Below, piece by piece: positions 1 through 8,955 of a stretch of DNA of 64,000 nucleotides. The notes under the pieces are model-generated. The model was not told the origin of the DNA, ran no database searches, and worked only from the letters and a program-made list of their open reading frames with translations. The stretch is taken from NCBI GenBank assembly GCA_964478245.1, contig CAYZHB010000001.1:43249-107248 (forward strand), written 5' to 3'. Source of the DNA: an uncultured Desulfobacterales bacterium (GTDB lineage: Bacteria > Desulfobacterota > Desulfobacteria > Desulfobacterales > Desulfobacteraceae). The position numbers and the translations under genes are program-made. Every line of letters starts with the position of its first letter. The stretch's first letter is position 1.

Positions 1-2
1 TT

Positions 3-911
3 GACAATTATGTCGAAGAAGCCCTGCTGAAAAAGATATCTTCCCTTTGGACAACCGGGAAATCCTGTTTTGACAATGTCCTTGTGATACCCGCCTCTGA
101 AACCTATTTTGTAATGTCCCGGCAGGAAATCAGTCCCGATATCGCCGCACTTGTTTTAGAAAAAGCGATTCCCACCACGTATATATCCCGTTACTATGCC
201 GGTGATGTGACAGGCCTGCGGATGGAGAGACTCGCCGGCCTGATCGATGAGAACGCCCCTCTCAACCGGGATTTTTCCCCCGTGGTGGTCAAACATGCCC
301 TCTCCCACTGGTTTGCCAAATTTCAATTTTCACCGCTTTTTTTCGCTCTCATAAGCCTGGCTGTTTTCTCTTTTTATGTGCTGTTTCTGACCGGAAGCGA
401 GACCGTTCTCTTTTTTACCGGGTTTACGGCAATGTCGGTACAGATTCTGATTCTCTTTGTGTTCCAGATTCTTTTCGGGTATATTTATCTCAAGACCGGT
501 ATGATCATTACGCTTTTTCTGGCCGGCCTTCTGCCGGGCGCCTGGACAGGCTGGCATTTTTTCAGGGACCGCGCCGGAAAAGCCATGATCGTTTTTGATG
601 TCGGGATTGTGCTGCTCGTGCTCCTTTTTGTCGTGACGGTTTTCTTTGCCCGTTCAGCACTGCCGCAGGCGGCCTTTTTCGGATATTCATTCCTCTTTGC
701 CTTTTTCTGCGGTGTCCAGTTTTCCCTGGCCGTAAGAGCGGGGGGAGACACGTCGAGCCGGGCGGCCGGGCTGTTTGCCGCGGATCTTATCGGGGCGGCG
801 GCGGGACTGCTCGTGTTCAGTCTTTTACTGCTGCCCTTCCTGGGTATATTTCAATCCGTGATGGTGCTTTGTGTCATAAAGTCTTTAAGTATGATCAGGA
901 TGTGCAAATGA
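3..911 (+). CDS. Spermidine-synthase-like protein tail plus polytopic membrane domain (5' end outside window)
   Basis: Frame 3 is open from nt 3 (DNYVEEALLKKISSLW...VLVIPASETYFV), so the listed ORF 84..911 is the 3' part of a longer gene. The last ~190 aa form several hydrophobic helices. Its stop overlaps the next start (ATGA at 908-911). The family call rests on recalled resemblance only. Confidence 0.4.
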   Translation, partial: DNYVEEALLKKISSLWTTGKSCFDNVLVIPASETYFVMSRQEISPDIAALVLEKAIPTTYISRYYAGDVTGLRMERLAGLIDENAPLNRDFSPVVVKHALSHWFAKFQFSPLFFALISLAVFSFYVLFLTGSETVLFFTGFTAMSVQILILFVFQILFGYIYLKTGMIITLFLAGLLPGAWTGWHFFRDRAGKAMIVFDVGIVLLVLLFVVTVFFARSALPQAAFFGYSFLFAFFCGVQFSLAVRAGGDTSSRAAGLFAADLIGAAAGLLVFSLLLLPFLGIFQSVMVLCVIKSLSMIRMCK

Positions 912-2080
912 CGTTACTGTCGAGAAGAGAATTTTTGATGGCCACGGGCGCGGCCCTGCTCTGTCCGCTGGTGCCGGCACCGGTGACCGGGAGAGAAGGG
1001 GGCGGCAGCCGGTCTGTAAAGGGACAGATATTCACCGATGACGCCCCTTCAACTTTGTGGAAATGGTCCCGGAAGGCCGGGTATTTTCAGCAGCTCGGGA
1101 ACGGAAAAGTGATGTGTACCACCTGTCCGAACCAGTGCCTGCTTTCGCCGGGCGACCGCTCCGTGTGCCGGTCCAAAGTCAACGTGGACGGTGTGCTGTA
1201 TACACTGGCATACGGCAATCCCTGCGCCGTGAACATGGATCCGGTCGAAAAAAAACCGCTTTTCCACTATATGCCCGGCACCCGGGTTTTTTCCATTGCC
1301 GCGGCCGGGTGCAACTTCAGGTGCCTGAACTGTCAGAATTGGGAAATATCCCAGGTTCGTCCGGAAGCGGTGCGGCATTACGATCTTTTCCCGGAACAGG
1401 CGGTTCAAAAGGCTGTTTCGTCAGGTTGCCGGGCTGTTGCCTACACCTATTCAGAACCCACCACCTTTTACGAGTATATGGCGGATACGGCTGCCGGAGC
1501 GAAAAAAAACGACCTGGGCAACCTCTGGATATCCAACGGGTATATCAACCGGGTGCCCCTTGAAAATTTGTGCACCCGGATCGACGGTGCCAATGTCAAT
1601 CTCAAATCCTTTTCGGATGAGATTTACCGCAAGTTGAACGGGGGACGCCTTCAGCCGGTACTGGAGACCTTCAAAACCCTTCATGACAAACAGGTCCACT
1701 TCGAGATGACCAACCTTGTCATTCCCGGTTACACGGATGATGAAACCATGATGAAACGGATGTGCCGGTGGATACTTGAGAATCTCGGGCCGGATCATCC
1801 GCTTCATTTTCTTAGGTTTTTTCCAAAGTACAAGCTCCAGAGAATCAATCCCACGTCCGTTTCCCTTTTGACAAGATTCAGAAAGACCGCCCTGGACATG
1901 GGGATACGGTATGTGTACGTGGGGAACGTCCCGAATCACGAGGGAAATCACACGTTCTGTCACTCATGCGGCCGGATGCTGGTGAAAAGAGAGGGGTATG
2001 TCATATCACAGATGCATATCACGGATTCGACGTGCCGGTTCTGCGGCGCTGAAATTGCCGGGGTGTGGGACAAGGCATGA
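908..2080 (+). CDS. amrS: AmmeMemoRadiSam-system-type radical SAM enzyme with twin-arginine-like N-terminus
   Basis: CxxxCxxC motif (GCNFRCLNC) in a PflA-like radical SAM core, with C-terminal Cys pairs (CHSCG...CRFCG). I chose the ATG at 908 because it gives MTLLSRREFLMATGAALL (S-R-R-x-F-L Tat motif plus an h-region). Confidence 0.7.
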   Translation: MTLLSRREFLMATGAALLCPLVPAPVTGREGGGSRSVKGQIFTDDAPSTLWKWSRKAGYFQQLGNGKVMCTTCPNQCLLSPGDRSVCRSKVNVDGVLYTLAYGNPCAVNMDPVEKKPLFHYMPGTRVFSIAAAGCNFRCLNCQNWEISQVRPEAVRHYDLFPEQAVQKAVSSGCRAVAYTYSEPTTFYEYMADTAAGAKKNDLGNLWISNGYINRVPLENLCTRIDGANVNLKSFSDEIYRKLNGGRLQPVLETFKTLHDKQVHFEMTNLVIPGYTDDETMMKRMCRWILENLGPDHPLHFLRFFPKYKLQRINPTSVSLLTRFRKTALDMGIRYVYVGNVPNHEGNHTFCHSCGRMLVKREGYVISQMHITDSTCRFCGAEIAGVWDKA

Positions 2081-2100
2081 ATTCGGTTGAGGTATAGGCG

Positions 2101-2183
2101 CACGGTAAATTTATTTTAACAGGTCAACTCTGGATAGGGAAGTGCCCCGCCACCTGCCCGTTGAATGGGATAAATTTACCGTG
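2101..2183. repeat. Family-2 long-hairpin intergenic repeat, copy a
   Basis: CACGGTAAATTTAT (2101-2114) is the inverted repeat of ATAAATTTACCGTG (2170-2183). The interior GAAGTGCCCCGCCACCTGCC is shared with the copy at 32307-32457. It starts 20 nt after the stop of the upstream plus-strand gene. Confidence 0.6.
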
Positions 2184-2334
2184 GTGACGGCGCAAAACAT
2201 ATTGACATCCGCGCGATGTCAGGATAGCGTAGGCAAAACAAAAAAGATCAGCGTTTCAATTGGTGACGGTTGGCCGGGGGCAATAGCACGCCGTTTGAAA
2301 ACAGCCGATAAGAGAATGTGAGAGGGAGAACAAT

Positions 2335-3855
2335 ATGCCCGGAACAGTACGGATCGGATTTGCCGGAACCGATGCGCGGACACTGCTGAGTGCCCTGACG
2401 GTCTCCACCGCCAGGAGCAACGGCTCGGATACGGATTTTAAAGGGGTCGTGATACGGGGCACATCCGCGATGCCGAAATTTGCCCAAAAGGATATCATGG
2501 ATTGGGATGTCGAATTTGTATCAACGGCGGACAATTCGGCTGAATCCTATGCAACCGCTATTGCCCAGGCGCTTGAAAACGGGGCGCTCGATTATGTGGT
2601 GCCCATGCCCGAAGGGCTTATTTTCAACGGTATTGTCGACATGGTTGCCGAATCGGGTATGGCCGACCGGGTCGCCGGTTTTACAAAGGCAGGGGCCTTT
2701 ATCGAGGGGGATAAAATCGCCTGCAAGAAGCTTTGCCGGGAAGGCGGCATTTCTGTGGCAGATCAGTGGGACGTTGTGGATGCCAAATCCTATCCGGATG
2801 TGCTTTCCGTATGCCTGGACTATATTCACCGGTACGGCGGGGCGGTTTTGAAATATCCCTACAGCGCCGGCGGAAAGGGGGCGCGGGTGATCCTCAACAC
2901 ATGGGAAATCCGGGAAGTTTACGATAATCTTCTCTCCGACTATAAAAAAGATTACAAAAAAGCCTTCAAAAGCGGTGAGTGGCCGCTGCTCATCGAATCC
3001 AGGATGTCCGGGGTCGAAATCAGCTTTACCATCCTTGTGGACGGGAAGGGCAACTACCGGGTCCTGCCGACTTCCATGGATTATCCCGAACGGTTCAGCG
3101 GCACGGCGGACCGCAGCAATCCCATCACCGGCGGAATGGGCAGCATCTCGCCGCATCCGTTTGAAAGCGCCGATCTGGTGGAGATGGCGGAGAAGACGAT
3201 TGCCGACCCCCTGGTGAAAATCTTACGGGACAAAAGACTATTGCGTCCCTGTATCCTTTATCCGGGCTGCTTTGCCTCTTTCAGGCAGCACCAGAATGAA
3301 CTGGTTCCAGCTTCACTCCGGGTGTGTGAGATCAATATCCGACCGGGAGAACCGGAATTTCAGACTGTTGTTCGGCGGCTGATGAACCCGGGTGCACTGT
3401 TTGAAGCCATGTTTTCAGGCCGTCTTGACCGGGTGGCGCCCGAAGTGAGGGAAGACCAGATATCCGTCTGTACAGCTCTGGTGACGGGACCCGGCGGGCC
3501 GGACGGACAGAAGGGATACCCGTGGCGGGTGACCAAATACGAACCCGTGATCATCGATTTTGCCTATCTCAGGAAAAAGAGCATCCAGTTGATCCCGGCG
3601 GCCATGGGGTATACCGAATCGGATGGATTTTTTTCCGACGGCACACGGGTGGCCTATCTCAATGCGAATTCATCGTTTAAAGAGGCGTCACAGCGTAAAG
3701 AGACGGCGGAAAAAATCAGAAACAGACTTCTGAACGCATTCCATCAGCACAAGGTACGGGTGGTGCCCAGGGAGGATCCGGACGGCAACCGCCTGGCGCT
3801 GAGGGAGGACATCGGGGGTCACTTTGCCGTTGCAGAAAGGGTAGGCGGCCGGTAA
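2335..3855 (+). CDS. ATP-grasp enzyme, PurD (GAR synthetase)-like but non-canonical
   Basis: 506 aa. An ATP-grasp-like core (LKYPYSAGGKGARVI..., SRMSGVEISFTILVDG, GGMGSISP) resembles PurD. The N-terminus lacks the canonical GSGGREHA motif, and the protein is ~80 aa longer than typical PurD. Confidence 0.5.
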   Translation: MPGTVRIGFAGTDARTLLSALTVSTARSNGSDTDFKGVVIRGTSAMPKFAQKDIMDWDVEFVSTADNSAESYATAIAQALENGALDYVVPMPEGLIFNGIVDMVAESGMADRVAGFTKAGAFIEGDKIACKKLCREGGISVADQWDVVDAKSYPDVLSVCLDYIHRYGGAVLKYPYSAGGKGARVILNTWEIREVYDNLLSDYKKDYKKAFKSGEWPLLIESRMSGVEISFTILVDGKGNYRVLPTSMDYPERFSGTADRSNPITGGMGSISPHPFESADLVEMAEKTIADPLVKILRDKRLLRPCILYPGCFASFRQHQNELVPASLRVCEINIRPGEPEFQTVVRRLMNPGALFEAMFSGRLDRVAPEVREDQISVCTALVTGPGGPDGQKGYPWRVTKYEPVIIDFAYLRKKSIQLIPAAMGYTESDGFFSDGTRVAYLNANSSFKEASQRKETAEKIRNRLLNAFHQHKVRVVPREDPDGNRLALREDIGGHFAVAERVGGR

Positions 3856-3861
3856 GGTTTC

Positions 3862-4134
3862 TCAGTCAAAATCATCCAGATTCAGGTCGTCGAAATCGTC
3901 CAGATTCAGGTCATCGAGCATATCATCCTCTTTGCCGAACAGGGAGTCATCCATATGTTTTTTTGTTTTGCTCTCCGTTTCTTCCTGGACAACATAGGGT
4001 GTCGTGATTTTTTTCTTCTGCCGGGCGGCCCGGGCGTTTTTTATCAAAACGGTGATGCCGGTGGCGATCAAAAAGCATATGCCGCCGACATTCAGGGCAA
4101 TGATGGCGATCCCTATGGTATTCGTGACAAACAT
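3862..4134 (-). CDS. Small single-pass membrane protein with acidic repeated C-terminus
   Basis: Only the last 90 codons of listed ORF 3862..4869 are credible. The ATG at 4134 gives MFVTNTIGIAIIALNVGGICFLIATGITVLI (TM helix), then a KK-rich stretch, then DDLNLDDFDDLNLDDFD. The rest of the long ORF is antisense to djlA. Confidence 0.45.
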   Translation of the reverse strand: MFVTNTIGIAIIALNVGGICFLIATGITVLIKNARAARQKKKITTPYVVQEETESKTKKHMDDSLFGKEDDMLDDLNLDDFDDLNLDDFD

Positions 4135-4218
4135 GGCGGCATTATAACGCCATTTAAAATTTGACTCAACATTTATTTGGGGGTATATACAGTCAATGAT
4201 ACGTGGAGGAGGACTTTT

Positions 4219-4986
4219 ATGAGTTGGCTTGGTAAAATGGTCGGCGGTACAATCGGTTTTGCCATAGGCGGCCCTATCGGTGCCATTGCAGGGGCGGCAT
4301 TCGGCCATACGTTTGACAAGAAGGAGAAAAAATATCTGGGATATGACGAGGCTGCGTTTCATGACAGACTTTCCAATACAGAAGAAGCCCAGCTCACTTT
4401 TTTTATTGCCGCCTTTTCCATGCTTGCCAAAATCGCCAAGGCAGACGGCAGGGTTACGGATAAAGAGATAGCCTCTGTTGAAAGCTTTATGCGGCATGAA
4501 CTCAATCTTTCCGGCGAGAGTATGAAAACCGCTCAGAATATTTTCAGGGAGGCGGTTCACTCGAATGAAAGCTTTGAAGATTTTGCCAGACAGCTTTACG
4601 GCGTGTTCAGAACCCAGCCGCGCCTGATTGAACTGATGATGGATGTCCTGGTGCGGGTCTCCGCAGTCGACGGCAAGATAAGCCCGGAAGAGGAGGCCCT
4701 GCTGCATAAGGCAGCCGAAATATTCAATATATCGGAACAGGCGTATGCAACCTTCAAATCGAAATATGTCAGGGATGTGAACCGGTACTACGCCCTGCTC
4801 AACTGTGATGAGAGCTGGTCTGACGAGCAGATCAAAAAGCAGTACCGGAAGATGGTATCGGAATACCATCCGGATAAAATAGCAGCCAAAGGCCTTCCGG
4901 AAGAGTTTGTCAAGTTTGCCAATGACAAGTTCAGGGAGATACAGGAGGCCTGGGAGCAGATCAAGAAGGAGCGGGGCATCGACTGA
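4219..4986 (+). CDS. djlA: Co-chaperone DjlA-like (N-terminal Gly-rich anchor, TerB-like middle, C-terminal J domain)
   Basis: MSWLGKMVGGTIGFAIGGPIGAIAGAAFG N-terminus, a TerB-like ADGRVTDKE/VDGKISPEE repeat pair, and a C-terminal J domain with YHPD. GGAGGA lies upstream of the ATG at 4219. Confidence 0.8.
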   Translation: MSWLGKMVGGTIGFAIGGPIGAIAGAAFGHTFDKKEKKYLGYDEAAFHDRLSNTEEAQLTFFIAAFSMLAKIAKADGRVTDKEIASVESFMRHELNLSGESMKTAQNIFREAVHSNESFEDFARQLYGVFRTQPRLIELMMDVLVRVSAVDGKISPEEEALLHKAAEIFNISEQAYATFKSKYVRDVNRYYALLNCDESWSDEQIKKQYRKMVSEYHPDKIAAKGLPEEFVKFANDKFREIQEAWEQIKKERGID

Positions 4987-5001
4987 CTTTTTGTACGGCT
5001 T

Positions 5002-6057
5002 TCAGAGAAGTCCTTTTTCCTTTGCAATGTTCATGTAGGTCTCGACAATATTGGCGGGCGGTTCCCACCTTTCCGAATCCGTCTTCGATTTCAGCGATAT
5101 GCTTTCAAATTCGCATGCGGTCACGCACACGCCGCAGCCGATGCACCTGTCGGTGTTGACCTGTGCATGGTCCGTCATGGTTATCGCTTCCATGGGACAG
5201 ATGTCGCTGCAGGCTTCACAGGCCGTGCACGTCTCGGGGTCGGCCTCGGCGAAATAGCTGGTGTTGACAATCCGGGCCGGCTTTTCGCTGGTCTTGATGT
5301 TTTTCAGGATCTGACAGCAGCAGCCGCAGCACATGCAGATGTTGATCGGTTTTTTGGCGTTTCCCGGCTGCAGCACGAGACCGTGCTCAATGCCCTTGTG
5401 GAGGATGTCGAGCGCCTCTTTCTGTTCAATGGTTCGGCCGATACCCCTTTCTTCGTAAAAGTAGGCACCGGTTCCGAAAACCAGACAGGTTTCAATCGGC
5501 TTGCCGCAGCCTTCGCCGATCATCTCGTGCTCTTTCCGGCATATGCAGGGGGCCACAACGATTTTTGACTGGGCCTTGATAATGTCTTCGGCTTTTTCAT
5601 AATCCATGATATTCATGTCCGCACTCACGGCTTCTGAAACCGGTATTACCCTGAGCTGCTGTGTTTTCTGCTTTTTCTGCTCTTCCATGAGATAGGGGAC
5701 GTACTCGTTGAAAAGCCCGATCAGTTCCCTGTCAAGTGATTCCACCTGGTATTCCCAGATCCCGACAACGAACTGGGCCTGCATATAGGTGTCCATACCC
5801 CCTTTGGTCGAGTGAACAGCCAGACCTTTTTGCACCATGGTTTGCAAAACCGGCAGGAGAACATCCACGTCCCATCCGATACGCGATGCGATCGTTTCCG
5901 CTGTTTCCGGCATCATGATCAGATGCAGCGCTACCTCGGCTTCCTGTTCGGTGAAAAGTTTTTCAAGTATTTTGAGTTCAACCCCGGAAGGGGTGGGGGG
6001 GAAACCGCCCGGTGTATTCCTGAGATGGTCAGCCAGTTTGGTGTAGATATCGCTCAT
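5002..6057 (-). CDS. Fe-S protein: N-terminal wHTH-like region, CCGCCC cysteine cluster, C-terminal 2x[4Fe-4S] ferredoxin motifs
   Basis: ICMCCGCCCQIL, then CTACEACSDICP and CIGCGVCVTAC. It is a paralog of 51201..52547. It overlaps the mtaB stop by 29 nt. Confidence 0.65.
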   Translation of the reverse strand: MSDIYTKLADHLRNTPGGFPPTPSGVELKILEKLFTEQEAEVALHLIMMPETAETIASRIGWDVDVLLPVLQTMVQKGLAVHSTKGGMDTYMQAQFVVGIWEYQVESLDRELIGLFNEYVPYLMEEQKKQKTQQLRVIPVSEAVSADMNIMDYEKAEDIIKAQSKIVVAPCICRKEHEMIGEGCGKPIETCLVFGTGAYFYEERGIGRTIEQKEALDILHKGIEHGLVLQPGNAKKPINICMCCGCCCQILKNIKTSEKPARIVNTSYFAEADPETCTACEACSDICPMEAITMTDHAQVNTDRCIGCGVCVTACEFESISLKSKTDSERWEPPANIVETYMNIAKEKGLL

Positions 6058-7381
6058 TTGATGTTTTCTCCGTTTTTTCGTTTATCGTTCCCACGAGTCT
6101 TTTGTTTGTTTTATCCCATTTTTCAGGCAGAATGTGAACCACTTTTCCCTGACAAGCCGGATCTCCCTTGACAGCGGCAAAAAGATAATTGGACGTCACC
6201 GCCTTAAAAAAATCCGGTGCCGGATGGTTTTTGTGCTGTATGACCGCTTCAACCGGTTTTCCGATACAGCCCCTCTCAAATTGTTCCCGCTTTTTCTCTG
6301 ACAGCTGCCGGAGCAGGGCACATCTTTGCGCTGTCATTTCCGGGTCCGGTCTTCCGCTGTAAGTGAAGGCCCGGGTACCCTTTCTCGGGGAAAAGGGAAA
6401 CACATGGAGATAGTCCACAGGTAATCCGTGGATAAAAGAGAGGGTTTTTTTAAAACTTCGGCTGTCTTCCCCGGGAAACCCTGCCATTACATCCGTTCCG
6501 ATTTTGGCAGACGGCATCCGCTGTTTGATTTTTTCAACTCTTTCCTTGAAATACGCCGTGTCATAAGGTCTTTCCATCTTTTTCAGAATCCGGTCATCCC
6601 CGCTTTGCAGCGGTATATGGAAATGATCGCACATGGCCGGACGAGAAGCCGCCAGATCGATTATGTGATCGGTCACTTCATTGGGTTCGATGGAGCTGAT
6701 GCGTATTCGGTGGATCGGCCGATCTGCTGTTATTTTTTCAAGAAGGTGGAACAGGGACGGTTTTTCCGGAAAGTCAAGACCCCACGCGCCGGTATGAATG
6801 CCGGTGAGGACGGCCTCGCTGTACCCGGAACGGGCGAGTTCTTCAAGGTTGGCCGTCACTTCTTCCGGCCGCATACTTCTGGACCTTCCCCGGGCATAGG
6901 GAATGATGCAGTATGTGCAGAAGGCATTGCAGCCGTCCTGAATTTTAAGATACGCCCGGGTCATCTCCCCTTTCACCGTGTGTTTGAAAGAACGGAAAAC
7001 CGTGTCCGTGCAGACATTTGAAGCGGGATCCGGTATGGGGCGTGATGTCATCAGGGCCTGTGCGATTCGGAATTTATCCCGGTGACCCGCCACCGTGTCC
7101 ACATTTTCCATCTGCCGGATCGTTTCAGGTGCGGTCTGGGCGTAACAGCCTGTGACAACAACCCGGGCGGCGGGATTATGTTTTACGGCTTTCCGTATTT
7201 CCTGCCGGGACTGCATGTCGGCCCGTGATGTAACACTGCAGGTGTTGATGATGGCGATGCCGGCCTTTGCCGGATCACCGGTTTTCCGGAACCCGGCGGT
7301 TTCCAGTTCGGTTGCAATGCCCTGGGATTCGTACCGGTTGACCTTGCACCCAAGGGTTTTTATGTAAAACGTTTTTTTCAT
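6029..7381 (-). CDS. mtaB: tRNA (t6A37) methylthiotransferase MtaB
   Basis: N-terminal TLGCKVNRYESQ (MtaB-type UPF0004 domain), a radical SAM CNAFCTYC motif, and a C-terminal TRAM-like region. Confidence 0.75.
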   Translation of the reverse strand: MKKTFYIKTLGCKVNRYESQGIATELETAGFRKTGDPAKAGIAIINTCSVTSRADMQSRQEIRKAVKHNPAARVVVTGCYAQTAPETIRQMENVDTVAGHRDKFRIAQALMTSRPIPDPASNVCTDTVFRSFKHTVKGEMTRAYLKIQDGCNAFCTYCIIPYARGRSRSMRPEEVTANLEELARSGYSEAVLTGIHTGAWGLDFPEKPSLFHLLEKITADRPIHRIRISSIEPNEVTDHIIDLAASRPAMCDHFHIPLQSGDDRILKKMERPYDTAYFKERVEKIKQRMPSAKIGTDVMAGFPGEDSRSFKKTLSFIHGLPVDYLHVFPFSPRKGTRAFTYSGRPDPEMTAQRCALLRQLSEKKREQFERGCIGKPVEAVIQHKNHPAPDFFKAVTSNYLFAAVKGDPACQGKVVHILPEKWDKTNKRLVGTINEKTEKTSNERYLHQTG

Positions 7382-8400
7382 TTAATGATGCCCGCCCCCA
7401 GGACCTCATTTCCCTGATAAAACACAGCCGCCTGTCCCGGGGCTATGGCCTGCTGAGCCGTATCAAATATCACTTTTACACCGCCGGCGTGTTCTTTTAC
7501 AGTGGCGTATTCTCCCTGGTGGTTGTACCGGATTTTTGTAAACGCCCGCAGCGGAAACGCGGGATCTCCTTTTATCCAGTTCAGCCGGTCCGCATAAAAT
7601 ATTTTCTCTTCAAGCGCTTCTTTGAAACAGACCACAAGGGCATTGTTTTCAACATCGATCCGCTTGACGTAGTACGGCCGGCTTGCCGGGCAGTTGATGC
7701 CCCGCCGCTGCCCCACGGTAAACCGGTGCAGTCCGTCATGCTTTCCTATCCGCTCTCCGTCGGTGGTGAGAATATCCCCGGACGCCGGCTCGACACCGGT
7801 TTTTGACCTGAGGAAATCCGCCACGGCATTCCCCTTTACAAAACAGATGTCCTGGCTTTCGCTTCTGTGAAGGGGCACGAGGTTTTCCCGGCCGGCAATT
7901 TCTCTCACCGCCTCTTTGGTAAGATGTCCCAGCGGGAACAGGGATTTTCCAAGTTGCGATCGTGTCAGCATGGAAAGAAAGTAAGACTGGTCCTTTAGGG
8001 GATCTTTTCCCTTTAAAAGCCCGGGTCTGCCGTCTTCATCCGTCCGGGTCACGGCGTAATGGCCGGTGGCGATGCGGTCCGCACCGCAGTCGGCGGCCGC
8101 CTTCAAAAGGTGTCCGAATTTTATCTGCCTGTTGCATATCAGGCACGGATTGGGGGTATTTCCTTTAAAATAGGCGTTTGCAAAGTAGTCGACTACCTGC
8201 TTTTCAAAAACAGCGGACAGATCGATATACTGTATGTCGATCCCGAGCTGTTCCGATATGAAGGACAGATCCGGGCGGCTCTCTTCATAGCCGGTATAGA
8301 AGTGTATGCCGAAAAGCCCGGGATACCGCTTTTTCAACAAAAATCCCGCTGTCAGGGAATCCAGGCCGCCGCTCAACGCTATTGCCGGTTTGTACGTCAC
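7378..8400 (-). CDS. mnmA: tRNA 2-thiouridine(34) synthase MnmA (CxxC...C type)
   Basis: PP-loop ALSGGLDSL, NPCLICNRQIKF, DQSYFL, SQDICF. 4-nt overlaps with both neighbours. Confidence 0.9.
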   Translation of the reverse strand: MTYKPAIALSGGLDSLTAGFLLKKRYPGLFGIHFYTGYEESRPDLSFISEQLGIDIQYIDLSAVFEKQVVDYFANAYFKGNTPNPCLICNRQIKFGHLLKAAADCGADRIATGHYAVTRTDEDGRPGLLKGKDPLKDQSYFLSMLTRSQLGKSLFPLGHLTKEAVREIAGRENLVPLHRSESQDICFVKGNAVADFLRSKTGVEPASGDILTTDGERIGKHDGLHRFTVGQRRGINCPASRPYYVKRIDVENNALVVCFKEALEEKIFYADRLNWIKGDPAFPLRAFTKIRYNHQGEYATVKEHAGGVKVIFDTAQQAIAPGQAAVFYQGNEVLGAGIIK

Positions 8401-8867
8401 TTCAGCAGGTCATCGGTGTTTTTCGAATAGAGGCCGATCGCCCGTGTGGGACAGGTTAAAATACACAGCTCGCAAACAGTGCAAAGGTCCTTTTCAAATA
8501 CGACCTCCATTTCAGGCCGCTTTATGGAAAGGGCGCCGGTGGGACAGACAGCAGTGCATGCCCCGCAATGGGTGCATTTTTCCGTATCATTCCATATCTC
8601 GTGTTCGGCGGTGCTGACTTTGATACCGCGCTCTTTCAGATATTTGACCCCTTTTTTATAATTCTCTTTCGACCCGCTGAGTTCCAGCACCATGTAACCG
8701 TCCTTGCTGTTGGAAATACTGGCCCGCAGGATGTTGAACAGAAGATCGAATTTTTTCGTCAGATAGCAGACAATGGCCTGCTGTGCTATTTCAGGCGGAA
8801 AGTGGAGTATTAATATTTTTGAGTACAATTTGCCCCCAGTCACCATATAATGGAAACGTTCATTCAA
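8397..8867 (-). CDS. NIL-domain / 2x[4Fe-4S] ferredoxin protein
   Basis: N-terminal NIL-like region (ILHFPPEIAQQAIVCYL...FNILRASI...GYMVLELSG), followed by CTHCGACTAVCP and CTVCELCILTCP. Confidence 0.65.
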   Translation of the reverse strand: MNERFHYMVTGGKLYSKILILHFPPEIAQQAIVCYLTKKFDLLFNILRASISNSKDGYMVLELSGSKENYKKGVKYLKERGIKVSTAEHEIWNDTEKCTHCGACTAVCPTGALSIKRPEMEVVFEKDLCTVCELCILTCPTRAIGLYSKNTDDLLK

Positions 8868-8955
8868 AAAACGTAATTGTAATGAATAACGCCTGAGAGG
8901 TCAAGCCTATATTGTTTCCCTCATCCGTCTCAAGGGGTCACCTGTTTTCCGTTTT

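Noticed and set aside
2101-2183. Family-2 hairpins considered as riboswitches or T-box leaders of the ATP-grasp gene, ileS and guaB.
   Set aside because: The same element precedes functionally unrelated genes. The interior is variable or deleted (copy b). No specifier, T-box or known riboswitch core motifs were recognised.
3862-4869. 335-aa minus-strand ORF.
   Set aside because: Most of it is antisense to the well-supported djlA gene and has a low-complexity, non-protein-like composition. Only the last 90 codons (3862..4134), which lie outside djlA, are kept.
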